NCBI GenBank assembly: GCA_007118495.1
Contig: SKRM01000057.1
Coordinates: 33,580-97,579, forward strand
Direction: 5' to 3'
DNA: 64,000 bases
Source of the DNA: Bacteroidales bacterium
GTDB taxonomy: Bacteria > Bacteroidota > Bacteroidia > Bacteroidales > UBA7960
Shown here: positions 50,226 through 61,675 of the stretch, piece after piece
Numbering within the stretch: the stretch's first letter is position 1
How the letters are laid out: each line of letters opens with the position of its first letter
Position numbers and translations under genes: made by a program
Notes under the pieces: generated by a model
The model's database searches: none
What the model was told of the DNA's origin: nothing
What the model saw: only the letters and a program-made list of their open reading frames with translations

Positions 50226-50603
50226 TTACTTGGTGGCCTTTTTCTTATTGGCTACAGTTTTCTTTTTCCCCTTTCTTGTACGGGCGTTATTCTTGGTTTT
50301 CTGGCCACGTAAGGGTAGTCCGATACGATGACGGATACCACGGTAGCAACCAATGTCCATGAGCCGCTTGACGTTCATTTGAACCTCTGAGCGCAACGAA
50401 CCTTCTACCTTAAATTCGTCGTTGATGACGTTACGAATTTTAGTCAACTGATCATCGTCCCAATCTTCAACTTTTGTATCCGGATTAACGCCGGCAGTCT
50501 CAAGGATTTTCCGGGCATTGCTCTGACCAATCCCGTAGATGTAGGTGAGGCCAATAACACCTCTTTTGTTTCTTGGAATATCAACTCCAGCTATACGTGC
50601 CAT
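50226..50603 (-). CDS. rpsM: 30S ribosomal protein S13
   Basis: [30 protein letters not shown]. Confidence 0.98.
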   Translation of the reverse strand: MARIAGVDIPRNKRGVIGLTYIYGIGQSNARKILETAGVNPDTKVEDWDDDQLTKIRNVINDEFKVEGSLRSEVQMNVKRLMDIGCYRGIRHRIGLPLRGQKTKNNARTRKGKKKTVANKKKATK

Positions 50604-50630
50604 ATTCTATGCTTTGTAATGTTGTAAATT

Positions 50631-50747
50631 CTATCCCTGACGTTGTTTGAACTTGGGATTCTTTTTGTTGATAACGTAAATTTTACCCTTTCTGCGTACA
50701 ATCTTACACTCGGGGCTCCTTTTCTTAACAGACACTCTGACTTTCAT
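50631..50747 (-). CDS. rpmJ: 50S ribosomal protein L36 (zinc-ribbon-lacking type; not in the ORF track)
   Basis: Hand-translated [38 protein letters not shown]; between infA and rpsM. Confidence 0.96.
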   Translation of the reverse strand: MKVRVSVKKRSPECKIVRRKGKIYVINKKNPKFKQRQG

Positions 50748-50777
50748 TTCTCCGCGTTTTATATTGCTTGCAATTGC

Positions 50778-50996
50778 TTATTTATACCTGAACGATATGC
50801 GTCCCTTTGTCAAATCATAAGGAGACATTTCTACTTTGACCCTATCACCGGGCAATATTTTAATATAATGCATTCGCATCTTGCCTGAGATATGGGCAGT
50901 AATGACGTGTCCATTTTCAAGTTCAACGCGAAACATTGCGTTACCAAGTGATTCGATAACGGTTCCGTCTTGTTGAATTGATGCTTGTTTTGCCAT
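50778..50996 (-). CDS. infA: Translation initiation factor IF-1
   Basis: [30 protein letters not shown]. Confidence 0.98.
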   Translation of the reverse strand: MAKQASIQQDGTVIESLGNAMFRVELENGHVITAHISGKMRMHYIKILPGDRVKVEMSPYDLTKGRISFRYK

Positions 50997-51001
50997 ATGA
51001 C

Positions 51002-51802
51002 CTACCTTATTATGACTGAATTATTTTTGTTCTCAAGTAATGCTTCTTCAATGTACTTAAATGTTGACAAGACATCTGCTTTTCCGTTCACTACAGCAAC
51101 TGTGTGTTCGTAGTGTCCCGAAGGTTTTCTGTCAGCGGTTCTGATTGTCCAGCCATCACTTTCCTGAACCACGAAGCGCTGACCCAAATTGATCATCGGT
51201 TCAATGGCAATAACCAGCCCTTCCTTGATGATCGCACCCCTTTTTCTTTTGCCATAGTTTGGTACTTCTGGTGGCTCATGTAATTGCTTTCCTACACCAT
51301 GACCTACCAACTCCCTGACAACTGTATACCCGGCTCTTTCTGCATGTTCCTGTATTGACGAGGAAACATCACCCAGGGTATTGCCCTCTTTGACCTGTTC
51401 AATGCCAAGATTGAGGCACTCATAAGTGGTCAGCAACAACTTCCTGACTGATTCACTGATTTCTCCAACAGCAAAGGTATAGGCTGAATCACCATAAAAC
51501 CCGTTTTTCAACACCCCGCAATCAATGGAGATAATATCTCCTTCATGAAGGGGTTTCTTGCCCGGGAACCCATGTACTACCACCTCATTTGGTGAAATGC
51601 ACAGAGTGTAGGGGAAACCGTGATACCCTTTGAATGCGGGAACTCCTCCATTGTCACGGATAAATTCCTCGGCAATCCGATCGAGCTCAATGCCCACCAC
51701 ACCTGGTTTGATGTGTTTAGCCAACTCGGCATGTGTCTTTGCAACAAGTAAAGAACTTTCTCTAATTAACTCTATTTCCTCAGCAGACTTGTACTGAATC
51801 AT
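51002..51802 (-). CDS. map: Type I methionine aminopeptidase
   Basis: VVVHG, DCG...GFYGDSA, GHGVG..LHE.P, AIEPM, HYEHT. Confidence 0.97.
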   Translation of the reverse strand: MIQYKSAEEIELIRESSLLVAKTHAELAKHIKPGVVGIELDRIAEEFIRDNGGVPAFKGYHGFPYTLCISPNEVVVHGFPGKKPLHEGDIISIDCGVLKNGFYGDSAYTFAVGEISESVRKLLLTTYECLNLGIEQVKEGNTLGDVSSSIQEHAERAGYTVVRELVGHGVGKQLHEPPEVPNYGKRKRGAIIKEGLVIAIEPMINLGQRFVVQESDGWTIRTADRKPSGHYEHTVAVVNGKADVLSTFKYIEEALLENKNNSVIIR

Positions 51803-51813
51803 TTCATTCGTGG

Positions 51814-53175
51814 TTAACCCGTCATTCCCATGGGAGACGACCGACCCTTGATACGACCAGACTTGGTAAGCCCGTCGTAGTGACGCATCAGCAAATGGCT
51901 TTCAATTTGTTGGAGCGTATCCAGGACGACACCTACCATAATCAACAAGGAAGTACCTCCAAAAAACTGGGCAAACTGACTTGTGACCCCCATCAAACTT
52001 ACCAATGCAGGCATAATCGCCACAAATGCAAGGAAAAGGGATCCTGGAAGGGTTATACGGGACATTACATTGTCGATAAATTCGGCAGTTCTCTTACCAG
52101 GTTTTACACCTGGAATAAATCCACCGTTTTTCTTCATATCCTCTGCCATCTGATTCGGGTTCACTGTAATAGCGGTATAAAAATACGTGAAGAGAATAAT
52201 CAGAAAGGCAAAGGTAAAGTTGTACCAGAAGCCGGTAAAATTTGACATGGTCGCGGCAAAACCACTTAATGCCTCAGAAAAACCAGCCAGGGTAATGGGG
52301 ATAAACATGATGGCCTGTGCAAATATAATAGGCATAACACCGGCAGCATTTACCTTAAGTGGTATATACTGACGTACTCCACCATATTGCTTGTTTCCGA
52401 CAACCCTTTTGGCAAATTGAACAGGTATCCGCCGGGTACCCTGCACCAAAAGAATTACCATAACCACTACAGCCATTAAAATGACCAATTCTACAAGGAA
52501 TATCACTGCGCCTCCACCACTGGCTTCTTCAACGCGGGCAATGAACTCTGCAGCAAGTGCAAATGGCAGCTGGGCAATGATCCCCACCATAATGATCAAC
52601 GAAATACCATTTCCAATACCCCTTTCGGTTATCCGTTCGCCCAACCACATAACAAACATAGTACCTGATATAAGTATGACTACAGATGAGATCATAAAAT
52701 ACAGGGAGGTGCTGGTAGCAGCCGGGTCAAATGGGGTGATGGCCTGCGGGGGTAGCTGTGAAACCAGGTTCGCCAGATAGGCAGGAGCCTGGGCAGCTGT
52801 AATAAAAACTGTTAGATACCTGGTTATTTGATTAATCTTTTTGCGGCCACTTTCACCCTCTTTCTGCAGTCGCTGAAAATAGGGAACGGCCACACCAAGA
52901 AGCTGAATAACAATGGACGCACTGATATAGGGCATAATCCCCAATGCAAAAATGGATGCATTGGAGAATGCTCCACCAGAAAACATATTCAGCAAACCAA
53001 GCAATCCATCCTGAGTTTGTGCCTGTAGCTGCTGCAGCTGGCCAGGATCAACACCAGGCAAAACCACAAAGGATCCCAGCCTGTAAATCAGGATGATACC
53101 CAATGTATTAATGATCCTGATCCGAAGATCCTCAATATGGTAGATGTTCTTTAAGGTTTGGAAAAATCTTTTCAT
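51814..53175 (-). CDS. secY: Preprotein translocase SecY
   Basis: SIFALGIMPYISASI, GIGNGISL, GVMPIIFA, IPGVKPG, GGTSLLI. Confidence 0.98.
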   Translation of the reverse strand: MKRFFQTLKNIYHIEDLRIRIINTLGIILIYRLGSFVVLPGVDPGQLQQLQAQTQDGLLGLLNMFSGGAFSNASIFALGIMPYISASIVIQLLGVAVPYFQRLQKEGESGRKKINQITRYLTVFITAAQAPAYLANLVSQLPPQAITPFDPAATSTSLYFMISSVVILISGTMFVMWLGERITERGIGNGISLIIMVGIIAQLPFALAAEFIARVEEASGGGAVIFLVELVILMAVVVMVILLVQGTRRIPVQFAKRVVGNKQYGGVRQYIPLKVNAAGVMPIIFAQAIMFIPITLAGFSEALSGFAATMSNFTGFWYNFTFAFLIILFTYFYTAITVNPNQMAEDMKKNGGFIPGVKPGKRTAEFIDNVMSRITLPGSLFLAFVAIMPALVSLMGVTSQFAQFFGGTSLLIMVGVVLDTLQQIESHLLMRHYDGLTKSGRIKGRSSPMGMTG

Positions 53176-53184
53176 TCCTTTGGG

Positions 53185-53631
53185 TTATATCCGGTTAACA
53201 GTACCGCCATTTGCTTCTATGGCTTTGGCAGCGGTTTCAGAAAAAGCATGTGCACTAACATCGACCTTGGCAGTCAGTTTCCCTCTGCCCAGAATCTTAA
53301 TCAGGTCATTCTTTGAAGCAAGGCCATTATCTATCAGCACAACATGGTCAACTGTCACAATGCCTTTTTCATCGGCAAGTTTTTGCAGGACATCCAGATT
53401 GACTCCAAGATAGGCAACGCGGTTCCGGTTTTTAAAACCATATTTGGGAACACGCCTCACCAATGGCATCTGGCCGCCTTCAAAACCGGCTTTGCTACTA
53501 TATCCTGAACGGGATTTCGCTCCTTTATGTCCACGGGCAGCCGTGTCACCACTTCCGGAACCTTCTCCCCTGCCGATACGTTTTCTCTGCCTGACAGCAC
53601 CCTTGGCTGGTTTCAGATTGCTTAAGTCCAT
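53185..53631 (-). CDS. rplO: 50S ribosomal protein L15
   Basis: RIGRG.GSG, GFEGGQMPL.RRVPK.GF. Confidence 0.98.
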   Translation of the reverse strand: MDLSNLKPAKGAVRQRKRIGRGEGSGSGDTAARGHKGAKSRSGYSSKAGFEGGQMPLVRRVPKYGFKNRNRVAYLGVNLDVLQKLADEKGIVTVDHVVLIDNGLASKNDLIKILGRGKLTAKVDVSAHAFSETAAKAIEANGGTVNRI

Positions 53632-53668
53632 TATATATTACAAATTTAAAATTTTGAACAAAACGATT

Positions 53669-53854
53669 CTATTCTTTCACCTCTTCAACAGAAAGCAAAT
53701 GCTTTACTTTGTTGATCATACCCTCTACCTGTGGTGAGCCTTCGACAACTACCGACCGGCCCATTCTTGTGATTCCAAGAGCATCCAAGGTTCTTTTCTG
53801 AACTGCAGGCCGTCCTATCCTGCTTCTGATCTGTACTAATTTATATTTCTTCAT
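53669..53854 (-). CDS. rpmD: 50S ribosomal protein L30
   Basis: QIRSRIGR, ALG, GMINKVKHLL; operon position. Confidence 0.96.
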   Translation of the reverse strand: MKKYKLVQIRSRIGRPAVQKRTLDALGITRMGRSVVVEGSPQVEGMINKVKHLLSVEEVKE

Positions 53855-53871
53855 GTCAGGTGTCTTAGTCG

Positions 53872-54390
53872 TTAGCCGTTATATACTTTTTCAAGGGTGA
53901 TACCACGCTGCTGTGCAACTGTAAGCGGATCCCTAAGTTTCATCAGGGCATCAACGGTTGCCTTTACAACACTATGGGGGTTGGAAGATCCCTTTGATTT
54001 AGCCAAAACGTCTGTAATTCCGACGCTTTCAAGTACAGCACGCATGGCACCACCTGCAATAACACCGGTACCGTGAGCAGCAGGCTTAATCAAAACCCTG
54101 GCTCCGCTGTATTTACCCTCCTGGGCATGGGGGATGGTCCCTTTGTGAATGGGAACCTTGATCAAATGCTTTTTGGCATCGTCAATGCCTTTACTGATGG
54201 CAGTTGTCACTTCCTTTGCCTTACCAAGACCGTGTCCAACAACACCATTTTCGTTTCCGACAACGACAATGGCTGAGAAACTGAATGTCCGTCCACCCTT
54301 TGTTACCTTTGTAACACGCTGGATACTGACCAGTCTGTCTTTAAATTCGATCTCGCTTGACTTAACCTTTTTGATATTTACGTTTGCCAT
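53872..54390 (-). CDS. rpsE: 30S ribosomal protein S5
   Basis: [18 protein letters not shown]. Confidence 0.98.
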   Translation of the reverse strand: MANVNIKKVKSSEIEFKDRLVSIQRVTKVTKGGRTFSFSAIVVVGNENGVVGHGLGKAKEVTTAISKGIDDAKKHLIKVPIHKGTIPHAQEGKYSGARVLIKPAAHGTGVIAGGAMRAVLESVGITDVLAKSKGSSNPHSVVKATVDALMKLRDPLTVAQQRGITLEKVYNG

Positions 54391-54393
54391 AAT

Positions 54394-54753
54394 TTAAAAT
54401 TTTAAGCCTCCTTCCCTGGCTCCTTCTGCCAATGATTTAACTCTTCCGTGATACAGGTAACCGTTGCGGTCAAACACTACGGTTTCTATACCAACTTCTT
54501 TTGCTCTCTCAGCAATCAGTTTTCCCACCTGGCGGGCTGCCTCTGTCTTGGTTATTTTCTGATCATCTACTTCTTTTAGCTGCGAAGAAGCTGATGCCAG
54601 GGTTGTACCTTCAAGGTCATTGATCAACTGGGCATATATAGCCTTGTTGCTTCTGAATACAGAAAGCCTGGGCTTTTCTGACGTACCGCGTATACGTTTT
54701 CTTACGCGGAATTTTATTCTGGTTCTTCTGTCGAGTTTCTTTATTGTTGCCAT
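54394..54753 (-). CDS. rplR: 50S ribosomal protein L18
   Basis: [26 protein letters not shown]. Confidence 0.98.
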   Translation of the reverse strand: MATIKKLDRRTRIKFRVRKRIRGTSEKPRLSVFRSNKAIYAQLINDLEGTTLASASSQLKEVDDQKITKTEAARQVGKLIAERAKEVGIETVVFDRNGYLYHGRVKSLAEGAREGGLKF

Positions 54754-54782
54754 CCTGTCAAAGGGATTATATTGTTCTACAA

Positions 54783-55340
54783 TTACTTGGCAGCTGCTGC
54801 CTTACCGGCTTTCCTGCGAATCACTTCACCCTTGAAGCGTATACCTTTTCCTTTGTACGGTTCGGGTTTGCGCATTGAGCGAATTTTTGCCGCTACCTGG
54901 CCAATGAGTTGTTTATCGTGCGATTCAAGAATTATGGTCGGGCTTTTACCCCTTTCTGTGATCGTCTCTAATTTCACTTCATCCGGAATCTCAAACACAA
55001 TACTGTGCGAATATCCCAATGATAGTTCGAGAAGTTGGCCATTGTGAGAGGCTTTGTAGCCAACACCTACCAGTTCCTGAATAATTTTGTAACCTTCTGA
55101 AACACCAATAACCATGTTGTTGATCAAAGAACGGTAAAGACCATGCAGTGATTTATGGTTTTTTTGTTCGCTTGGACGTTCAATGGTTATTATATTCCCT
55201 TCGATGTTGACCTTCATGTCTTTGTCAACATCCTGCGATAATTCACCCTTTGGGCCTTTAACAGTGACCACATTATCATCCGATACCGTTACAGTGACAC
55301 CGGCGGGGATTTCTATTGGCAATTTTCCTATTCGTGACAT
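54783..55340 (-). CDS. rplF: 50S ribosomal protein L6
   Basis: MSRIGK.P start at 55340; PEPYKGKG. Confidence 0.98.
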   Translation of the reverse strand: MSRIGKLPIEIPAGVTVTVSDDNVVTVKGPKGELSQDVDKDMKVNIEGNIITIERPSEQKNHKSLHGLYRSLINNMVIGVSEGYKIIQELVGVGYKASHNGQLLELSLGYSHSIVFEIPDEVKLETITERGKSPTIILESHDKQLIGQVAAKIRSMRKPEPYKGKGIRFKGEVIRRKAGKAAAAK

Positions 55341-55351
55341 TTTTACCTCCT

Positions 55352-55750
55352 TTAGCTTACGTAACAAATAACTTCACCACCCACACTGAGTTTACGGGCT
55401 TCTTTGTCTGTAATAAGACCTTTGGAAGTAGAAATGATGGCTATTCCCAACCCGTTTAAAACCCTGGGAAGATCCTGACTGCTGCAATAACGACGCAGGC
55501 CTGGACGGCTCACCCTTTGGATTTCGTTAATGGCAGGGATCTTGGTTACCGGGTGATACTTCAAGGCGATTTTGATAATGCCAGGAATTTTATCATCCTC
55601 AAATTTATAATTCAGGATATAGCCTTTGTCAAAAAGAATCTTCGTGATCCCCTTCTTGAGATTCGATGCAGGAATTTCTACAACCCTGTGATTGGCCTTA
55701 ACGGCATTCCTTATTCTTGTCAGATAATCTGCAATTGGATCGGTTATCAT
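55352..55750 (-). CDS. rpsH: 30S ribosomal protein S8
   Basis: [30 protein letters not shown]. Confidence 0.98.
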   Translation of the reverse strand: MITDPIADYLTRIRNAVKANHRVVEIPASNLKKGITKILFDKGYILNYKFEDDKIPGIIKIALKYHPVTKIPAINEIQRVSRPGLRRYCSSQDLPRVLNGLGIAIISTSKGLITDKEARKLSVGGEVICYVS

Positions 55751-55782
55751 CGTTTGAAAATAATATGTTTTGTAAAAATATA

Positions 55783-56052
55783 CTACCAGCTTGCTTTGGT
55801 AACTCCGGGAATCAGCCCTTTGTTGGCCATTTCCCTGAAATTAATACGGGAAATGCCAAACTGACGCATATATCCCTTGGGTCTGCCTGTAAGCTGACAA
55901 CGGTTATGAAGACGAACCGGTGAGGAATTTTTTGGAAGCTTCTGAAGAGCCTCCCAATCACCATTGGCCTTTAACTCAGCCCGCTTGGCGGCATACTTTT
56001 CAACAAGCTTTGCTCTTTTAAGCTCTCTGGCTTTTATGGATTCTTTTGCCAC
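55783..56052 (-). CDS. rpsN: 30S ribosomal protein S14 (89 aa)
   Basis: GTG start (M)AKES.KARE; RLHNRC.LTGRP; PGVTKASW. Confidence 0.96.
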   Translation of the reverse strand: MAKESIKARELKRAKLVEKYAAKRAELKANGDWEALQKLPKNSSPVRLHNRCQLTGRPKGYMRQFGISRINFREMANKGLIPGVTKASW

Positions 56053-56059
56053 GATCTGT

Positions 56060-56617
56060 CTATTTATTCTGGTTCTTAAATGGGATTCCAAATGCGCGAA
56101 GCAATGCATATGCTTCACTATCGTTTTTCGCAGTAGTAACAAAGTTGATGTCAAGACCATTGATCTTATTCACTTTGTCAATGACAATTTCAGGGAAGAT
56201 GATTTGTTCAGGAACTCCGGTAGAATAATTTCCACGGCCATCAAAACCTTTTTCGCTGACGCCTTTAAAATCACGGATACGCGGAAGTGAAACAGCCACA
56301 AGACGATCAAGGAATTCGTACATATTGTTTCCTCTTAATGTGACACGCGTTCCGATGGGCATCCCCCTTCTCAACTTGAAGTTGGAGATGTCTTTCCGTG
56401 ACTTTGTGGGTACAGCCTTCTGTCCCGAAATTGCAGTCATTTCTTCAACTGCAGTGTCTACAATTTTCTTGTCGGTGATAGCATCACCCACTCCCTGGTT
56501 CAGGCAAATTTTCACCAGCCTGGGCACCTGCATGGGGTTTGAAAACCCAAACTCTTTCATCAATGCAGGAACGATCTCTTTAGAGAACTTTTCCTTCAGT
56601 CTCGGTGTATAGCTCAT
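56060..56617 (-). CDS. rplE: 50S ribosomal protein L5
   Basis: [29 protein letters not shown]. Confidence 0.98.
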   Translation of the reverse strand: MSYTPRLKEKFSKEIVPALMKEFGFSNPMQVPRLVKICLNQGVGDAITDKKIVDTAVEEMTAISGQKAVPTKSRKDISNFKLRRGMPIGTRVTLRGNNMYEFLDRLVAVSLPRIRDFKGVSEKGFDGRGNYSTGVPEQIIFPEIVIDKVNKINGLDINFVTTAKNDSEAYALLRAFGIPFKNQNK

Positions 56618-56934
56618 TACTTGATTACCTCCCCTGTCTTTTTGGAATATCTAACCAATTTGTCATTTTCCAGTTTCCTGCCAACTCTGGTTGCATTTCC
56701 TTTAGAGTCAACAACCATCAGGTTTGAAACGTGGATACTTGCTTCCTTTTTTACAATACCACCCTGAGGGTTGGCTGCATTGGGCTTGGTGTGTTTAGAG
56801 ACCAAATTGATCCCCTCAACCAAGGCCCTTTGTTTAGTTGGATACACCACAAGGACTTTGCCGGTGTTTCCTTTTTCATTGCCGGCAATGACTTTTACGG
56901 TATCTCCTTTTTTTATGTGGATCTTGGGTTGCAT
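56617..56934 (-). CDS. rplX: 50S ribosomal protein L24
   Basis: [20 protein letters not shown]. Confidence 0.98.
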   Translation of the reverse strand: MQPKIHIKKGDTVKVIAGNEKGNTGKVLVVYPTKQRALVEGINLVSKHTKPNAANPQGGIVKKEASIHVSNLMVVDSKGNATRVGRKLENDKLVRYSKKTGEVIK

Positions 56935-56951
56935 AGTTGATGTTTTTTCAA

Positions 56952-57320
56952 TTATAGCACCTCGGGTGCCAAAGAAACGATTTTCATAAATTGCTTTTCA
57001 CGCAATTCTCTGGCCACGGGGCCAAATATACGTGTGCCACGCATTTCTTCATTGGCGGTGAGCAATACGACAGCATTATCATCAAATCGAATATAGCTGC
57101 CATCAGAACGCCTGACATGCTTTTTTGTCCGCACTACGACTGCTTTTGAAACAGTACCTTTTTTTACGTTACCCGAAGGCAGTGCATCTTTTACGGTTAC
57201 GATGATTTTATCACCGATACCCGCATATCTGCGGCGTGTACCACCTAGCACACGGATACAAAGTACTTCCTTTGCCCCGCTGTTATCCGCTACCGAAAGT
57301 CTGGATTCTTGCTGTATCAT
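56952..57320 (-). CDS. rplN: 50S ribosomal protein L14
   Basis: [35 protein letters not shown]. Confidence 0.98.
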   Translation of the reverse strand: MIQQESRLSVADNSGAKEVLCIRVLGGTRRRYAGIGDKIIVTVKDALPSGNVKKGTVSKAVVVRTKKHVRRSDGSYIRFDDNAVVLLTANEEMRGTRIFGPVARELREKQFMKIVSLAPEVL

Positions 57321-57322
57321 AA

Positions 57323-57580
57323 TTACTTCGCTCTTTCAAGGATTTCAACTAATCTCCAACATTTATTCTTGCTCAAAGGCCTGGTCTCCATGATGCGAAC
57401 TGTATCGCCAATGTTGCAATCGTTCTTTTCATCATGAGCCATAAAGCGGGATGACCGCTTAACAAACTTCCCGTATTTGGGATGCCGTACCCTACGCAGA
57501 ACCACCACTACAATGGATTTGTCCATCTTGTTACTTACCACAAGACCTGTTCTCTCTTTTCTGGGTTTTCTGGTTTCCAT
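57323..57580 (-). CDS. rpsQ: 30S ribosomal protein S17
   Basis: [23 protein letters not shown]. Confidence 0.98.
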   Translation of the reverse strand: METRKPRKERTGLVVSNKMDKSIVVVVLRRVRHPKYGKFVKRSSRFMAHDEKNDCNIGDTVRIMETRPLSKNKCWRLVEILERAK

Positions 57581-57593
57581 CTCAACTGTTACT

Positions 57594-57794
57594 TTAATTT
57601 GTTTCTTCTAATTCCCTCTTCCGGAGCTCCGTCATGATACGGGCCACAGTCTTGCGGTAATCCTTGATTTTCAGCGGGTTCTCCAATGGGGAAACCGCAT
57701 GGTTCATCTTCAGTTTACGCAACTGCTTACGCTCTTCATCCAATCTTTCGAGGAGCTCGCCGGTTGACATTTCACGAATTACATTCTGCTTCAT
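57594..57794 (-). CDS. rpmC: 50S ribosomal protein L29
   Basis: [14 protein letters not shown]; upstream of rpsQ. Confidence 0.96.
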   Translation of the reverse strand: MKQNVIREMSTGELLERLDEERKQLRKLKMNHAVSPLENPLKIKDYRKTVARIMTELRKRELEETN

Positions 57795-57949
57795 CTGTGC
57801 GTGAATTTATTTGTTTGTCAGCTGGTCTTTCCGGTATTTGCCCGGGTAGACTCAAGGGGTGAAAAATCCAGACAGGTAACGGCTGTGTTGGTGTTTAATC
57901 CCCTGCAAAAAGGCTGCAAAGTTACGATTTTTTATCGAATAAAGCTTAT
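57795..57949 (-). promoter_or_regulatory. Candidate internal promoter and structured 5' leader between rplP and rpmC
   Basis: 155-nt spacer with TAACTTTG(CAGCC) at 57924-57917 and two imperfect hairpins (57855-57904, 57825-57851). Confidence 0.6.
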
Positions 57950-58372
57950 TTATTTTTCAACATAATCCCTTCTTACAATGAATTTTGCAATAATGGGTAG
58001 TTTCTGTGCACCCAGGCGCATTGCTTCCTGAGCAGTTTCCAATGTAACACCTTCTGCTTCAAACAAAATGCGACCGGGACATATCCTGGCTACAAAATAT
58101 TCAGGTGCACCCTTACCTTTACCCATACGTACCTCGGCGGGTTTTTTGGTAATGGGTTTATCGGGGAAGATCCTGATCCATAGCTGGCCTTCACGTTTCA
58201 TCCGACGGGTTATCGCCTGACGGGCTGCTTCAATTTGACGACCGGTGATCCAGCATGTACCCATGGCCTTCATACCAAAAGAACCGAAGGCAAGCTCTGC
58301 TCCACGCTTGGTGTTGCCCTTCATACGGCCCTTTTGCATTTTCCGGTATTTGGTTTTCTTAGGCTGTAACAT
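57950..58372 (-). CDS. rplP: 50S ribosomal protein L16
   Basis: [27 protein letters not shown]. Confidence 0.98.
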   Translation of the reverse strand: MLQPKKTKYRKMQKGRMKGNTKRGAELAFGSFGMKAMGTCWITGRQIEAARQAITRRMKREGQLWIRIFPDKPITKKPAEVRMGKGKGAPEYFVARICPGRILFEAEGVTLETAQEAMRLGAQKLPIIAKFIVRRDYVEK

Positions 58373-58413
58373 TATTCAACGCTTTTCTTAATTGACTAAT
58401 TGAAAATGAAATC

Positions 58414-59127
58414 TTATTTCTTTCTTCTGCCGCTAAACCGGCCACCGCCACCTGGACGCTGCTTTGTTGCTGGCTCTTCTATAAAGGGAGTAAGTTCTGG
58501 CCTACCATATACCTCTCCCTTGCAAATCCAGACCTTTACACCAATACGACCATAAGTTGTATGTGCTTCTACGTTTGCATAATCAATATCTGCCCGAAGT
58601 GTATGAAGCGGAATGCGACCTTCTTTATAGGTTTCATTTCTGGCCATTTCAGCTCCACCCAAACGTCCGCCAACGGTTATCTTAATCCCCTCGGCACCAA
58701 GACGCATGGTTGAAGAAATGGAAGTTTTCACAGCGCGACGAAAAGATATACGACCTTCAATTTGTTTTGCCACATTCTGGGCAACAAGGTATGCATCAAG
58801 CTCAGGTCTTTTGATTTCACTGATATTGATCTGAACCTCTTTGTTGGTCAGCTTTTTAAGCTCTTCCTTAAGTTTGTCTACTTCCTGGCCGCCTTTCCCG
58901 ATGATGATTCCCGGACGAGCGGTATTGATATTTACGGTTACAAGTTTAAGTGTCCGTTCAATAATAATTTTTGACACCCCAGCCTTGGCAAGCCTTGCAT
59001 TGAGGTATTTACGGATCTTATCATCTTCAACCAGCTTGGCTGCATATTTTCTGCCACCATACCAATTAGAGTCCCATCCTTTGATGACACCAAGCCTCAG
59101 GCCGATTGGATTTGTCTTTTGTCCCAT
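58414..59127 (-). CDS. rpsC: 30S ribosomal protein S3
   Basis: [34 protein letters not shown]. Confidence 0.98.
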   Translation of the reverse strand: MGQKTNPIGLRLGVIKGWDSNWYGGRKYAAKLVEDDKIRKYLNARLAKAGVSKIIIERTLKLVTVNINTARPGIIIGKGGQEVDKLKEELKKLTNKEVQINISEIKRPELDAYLVAQNVAKQIEGRISFRRAVKTSISSTMRLGAEGIKITVGGRLGGAEMARNETYKEGRIPLHTLRADIDYANVEAHTTYGRIGVKVWICKGEVYGRPELTPFIEEPATKQRPGGGGRFSGRRKK

Positions 59128-59138
59128 CTGAGAAATAT

Positions 59139-59543
59139 TTATTCGTTTGTATTTTTACTATCAACAAAAATGGTCACGTGGTTTGAACGCTTTCTGATGC
59201 GGTGAGCACGTCCCTGCGGTGCCGGGCGTAACCGCTTTAGCTGACGCGCTCCGTCAACGTAAATGGCCTTTACGAACAGCTGCCTGTCTTCAATACGGAC
59301 ACCTTCATTTTTGTTCTGCCAGTTGGCAATGGCTGACAGCAATAATTTCTCCAGCCTTTGTGCTGCTTCTTTCTTGGTATACTTCAATATACCCAGGGCT
59401 TTGTTGACTTCCTGCCCCCTGATCATATCAGCCACAATCCTCATTTTTCTTGGTGAGGTAGGACAATTGTTCAGTTTGGCAAAGTATTGGGTTTTCTTCT
59501 CTTCCTTGAGTTTTTCAGCCCTGATGTGTTTTCTTAATCCCAT
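59139..59543 (-). CDS. rplV: 50S ribosomal protein L22
   Basis: SPRKMR.VAD.IRG, SAIAN, PAPQGRA..IRKRSNH. Confidence 0.98.
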   Translation of the reverse strand: MGLRKHIRAEKLKEEKKTQYFAKLNNCPTSPRKMRIVADMIRGQEVNKALGILKYTKKEAAQRLEKLLLSAIANWQNKNEGVRIEDRQLFVKAIYVDGARQLKRLRPAPQGRAHRIRKRSNHVTIFVDSKNTNE

Positions 59544-59558
59544 TGTTCCAATCTATTT

Positions 59559-59837
59559 TTATTTTTTGCCTTTGTCTTTTTTGCCTGCATGGCCACGGAA
59601 TATCCTTGTAGGAGCAAACTCTCCAAGTTTATGACCAACCATGTTTTCGGTAATATACACCGGGATGAATTTGTTGCCGTTATGAACGGCTATGGTCAGG
59701 CCGACAAATTCGGGAGAGATCATGGATGCCCTCGACCACGTCTTGATCACAGACTTCTTACTGCTGGACGCCATGGCGAGCACTTTCTTCTCCAGTTTAT
59801 AGTGTATATAAGGTCCTTTTTTTAATGAACGGCTCAT
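59559..59837 (-). CDS. rpsS: 30S ribosomal protein S19
   Basis: [26 protein letters not shown]. Confidence 0.98.
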   Translation of the reverse strand: MSRSLKKGPYIHYKLEKKVLAMASSSKKSVIKTWSRASMISPEFVGLTIAVHNGNKFIPVYITENMVGHKLGEFAPTRIFRGHAGKKDKGKK

Positions 59838-59866
59838 ATGCTTATATTTTTCCTGTTAGCAACTGA

Positions 59867-60691
59867 TTATTTCTTCCTTCTTTCCAAAATGAGTCTGTTG
59901 GAAGCTTTCTTCCTGTTCCGGGTTTTGTATCCCTTGGCAGGTATCCCCTTACGGCTTCTCGGGTGACCTCCTGAAGCACGGCCTTCGCCACCGCCCATGG
60001 GGTGGTCAACCGGGTTCATCACAACCGGGCGTGTTCGTGGACGACGTCCAAGCCAACGACTGCGACCAGCTTTTCCTGACATTTCATGCATATGGTCAGG
60101 GTTAGAGGTGCTACCAATGGTAGCTTTACAGGTAACCAGTACCATGCGAATTTCTCCAGAAGGCAACTTCAGTGCTGCATACTTTCCTTCACGTGAAGTA
60201 AGCTGGGCATAAGTGCCGGCACTACGAGCCATTCTTCCGCCCTGTCCCGGCTGAAGTTCAATATTATGAACGATACTGCCAAGAGGAACATTCTTCAGGA
60301 AAAGTGTATTGCCTATATCGGGTGTTGCTTTTTCACCTGACATGACCGTCTGGCCTACCTTTAAACCATTGGGTGCCAAAATATACCTCTTTTCTCCATC
60401 TGCATATGAAAGCAATGCAATACGGGCAGACCTGTTCGGGTCATATTCAATAGACTTCACAGTAGCTTCAATTCCATCCTTATTTCGCTTGAAGTCTATG
60501 ATGCGGTACTTTTTCTTATGTCCGCCGCCAATATAGCGTGCAGTCATTTTTCCCTCGCTGTTTCTTCCTCCGGACCTGTGCTTACCAACAACAAGACTTT
60601 TCTCGGGCTTGTTGGTGGTAACATCATCAAAAGCACTGATGATTTTATTACGTTGACCGGGTGTTGTCGGTTTAAATTTTCTTAAAGCCAT
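59867..60691 (-). CDS. rplB: 50S ribosomal protein L2
   Basis: [21 protein letters not shown]. Confidence 0.98.
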   Translation of the reverse strand: MALRKFKPTTPGQRNKIISAFDDVTTNKPEKSLVVGKHRSGGRNSEGKMTARYIGGGHKKKYRIIDFKRNKDGIEATVKSIEYDPNRSARIALLSYADGEKRYILAPNGLKVGQTVMSGEKATPDIGNTLFLKNVPLGSIVHNIELQPGQGGRMARSAGTYAQLTSREGKYAALKLPSGEIRMVLVTCKATIGSTSNPDHMHEMSGKAGRSRWLGRRPRTRPVVMNPVDHPMGGGEGRASGGHPRSRKGIPAKGYKTRNRKKASNRLILERRKK

Positions 60692-60697
60692 GAATCC

Positions 60698-60991
60698 TTA
60701 TATATTGCTGTAAAAATCAATGCTTTGGCCTTCGTTCAATGTAACAATGGCCTTTTTAAAACTGTTTTTTCTGCCTGTCTGAAATCCGGTTTTTGTGTAA
60801 CGCATCTTGCGTTTACCCAAATAAACCATGGTGTTGACAGACGCTACCGAAACCTCGTACATATCTTCAATCGCTTTTTTAATCTGCGATTTTGAGGCCC
60901 TTTTGTCAACGATGAAGCCATAGCGGGTGGGGAACTTCTCCGTCACCGCTGTCATCTTCTCGGTAATTAGTGGCTTAATTAAAACTTCCAT
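60698..60991 (-). CDS. rplW: 50S ribosomal protein L23
   Basis: PLITEK, VNT, KKAIVTL. Confidence 0.98.
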   Translation of the reverse strand: MEVLIKPLITEKMTAVTEKFPTRYGFIVDKRASKSQIKKAIEDMYEVSVASVNTMVYLGKRKMRYTKTGFQTGRKNSFKKAIVTLNEGQSIDFYSNI

Positions 60992-61042
60992 CTTGGTTTA
61001 CTTTTTGGGGCCGATCTTTTTCCAGCCCATTAAATCTCAGTA

Positions 61043-61675
61043 TTACTTATTCTTCAAAAAATCTTCCATTAATGCAACAGAGCTTTCAAAAACCAGCAAT
61101 CTGTCGGCATGCATAATGGCGTAAGTATTCAACTGCGAAGCCGTAATGACGCTCGCCTTGGGAATGTTTCTTGAGGCAAGCCTGATATTTGTATCATGGT
61201 CAGGCAAAACCAACAGTGACTTACGGTTCTCCAATTCGAAGCTTTTAAGGATCTCAAGATATTTTTTTGTCCTGGGTTCTTCCATTGAGAAGTCTTCCAA
61301 AACAAGCATATTGTTTCCTTTCACCTTATATGCAACAGCCGACCTGCGTGCCAAAACCTTTACTTTCTTGTTTAACTTAAAGGAATGATCACGGGGCTTG
61401 GGGCCGAAGATTGTACCACCACCCCGCAGTACAGGAGACTTGATATCCCCTATCCTGGCAGCACCTGTCCCTTTTTGACGACGGAGCTTCCGGGTGCTTC
61501 CCTTAATCTCATTGCGCTCTTTGGTTTTATGGGTACCCTGGCGTTTATTGGCCAGATGGTGCTTTACATCAAGGTATATGGCGTGGTTGTTTGGGGCTGC
61601 CCCAAACACTTCCTCATTCAACTCGACAGTTTTGGACGTTTTGGTTCCGTCTATGCTATATACTGCTAACTCCAT
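61043..61675 (-). CDS. rplD: 50S ribosomal protein L4
   Basis: [26 protein letters not shown]. Confidence 0.98.
   Translation of the reverse strand: MELAVYSIDGTKTSKTVELNEEVFGAAPNNHAIYLDVKHHLANKRQGTHKTKERNEIKGSTRKLRRQKGTGAARIGDIKSPVLRGGGTIFGPKPRDHSFKLNKKVKVLARRSAVAYKVKGNNMLVLEDFSMEEPRTKKYLEILKSFELENRKSLLVLPDHDTNIRLASRNIPKASVITASQLNTYAIMHADRLLVFESSVALMEDFLKNK

Noticed and set aside
50631-56052. Zinc-ribbon-lacking L36 and S14 in the main operon as a zinc-starvation adaptation
   Set aside because: These forms are the usual ones in Bacteroidales main operons.
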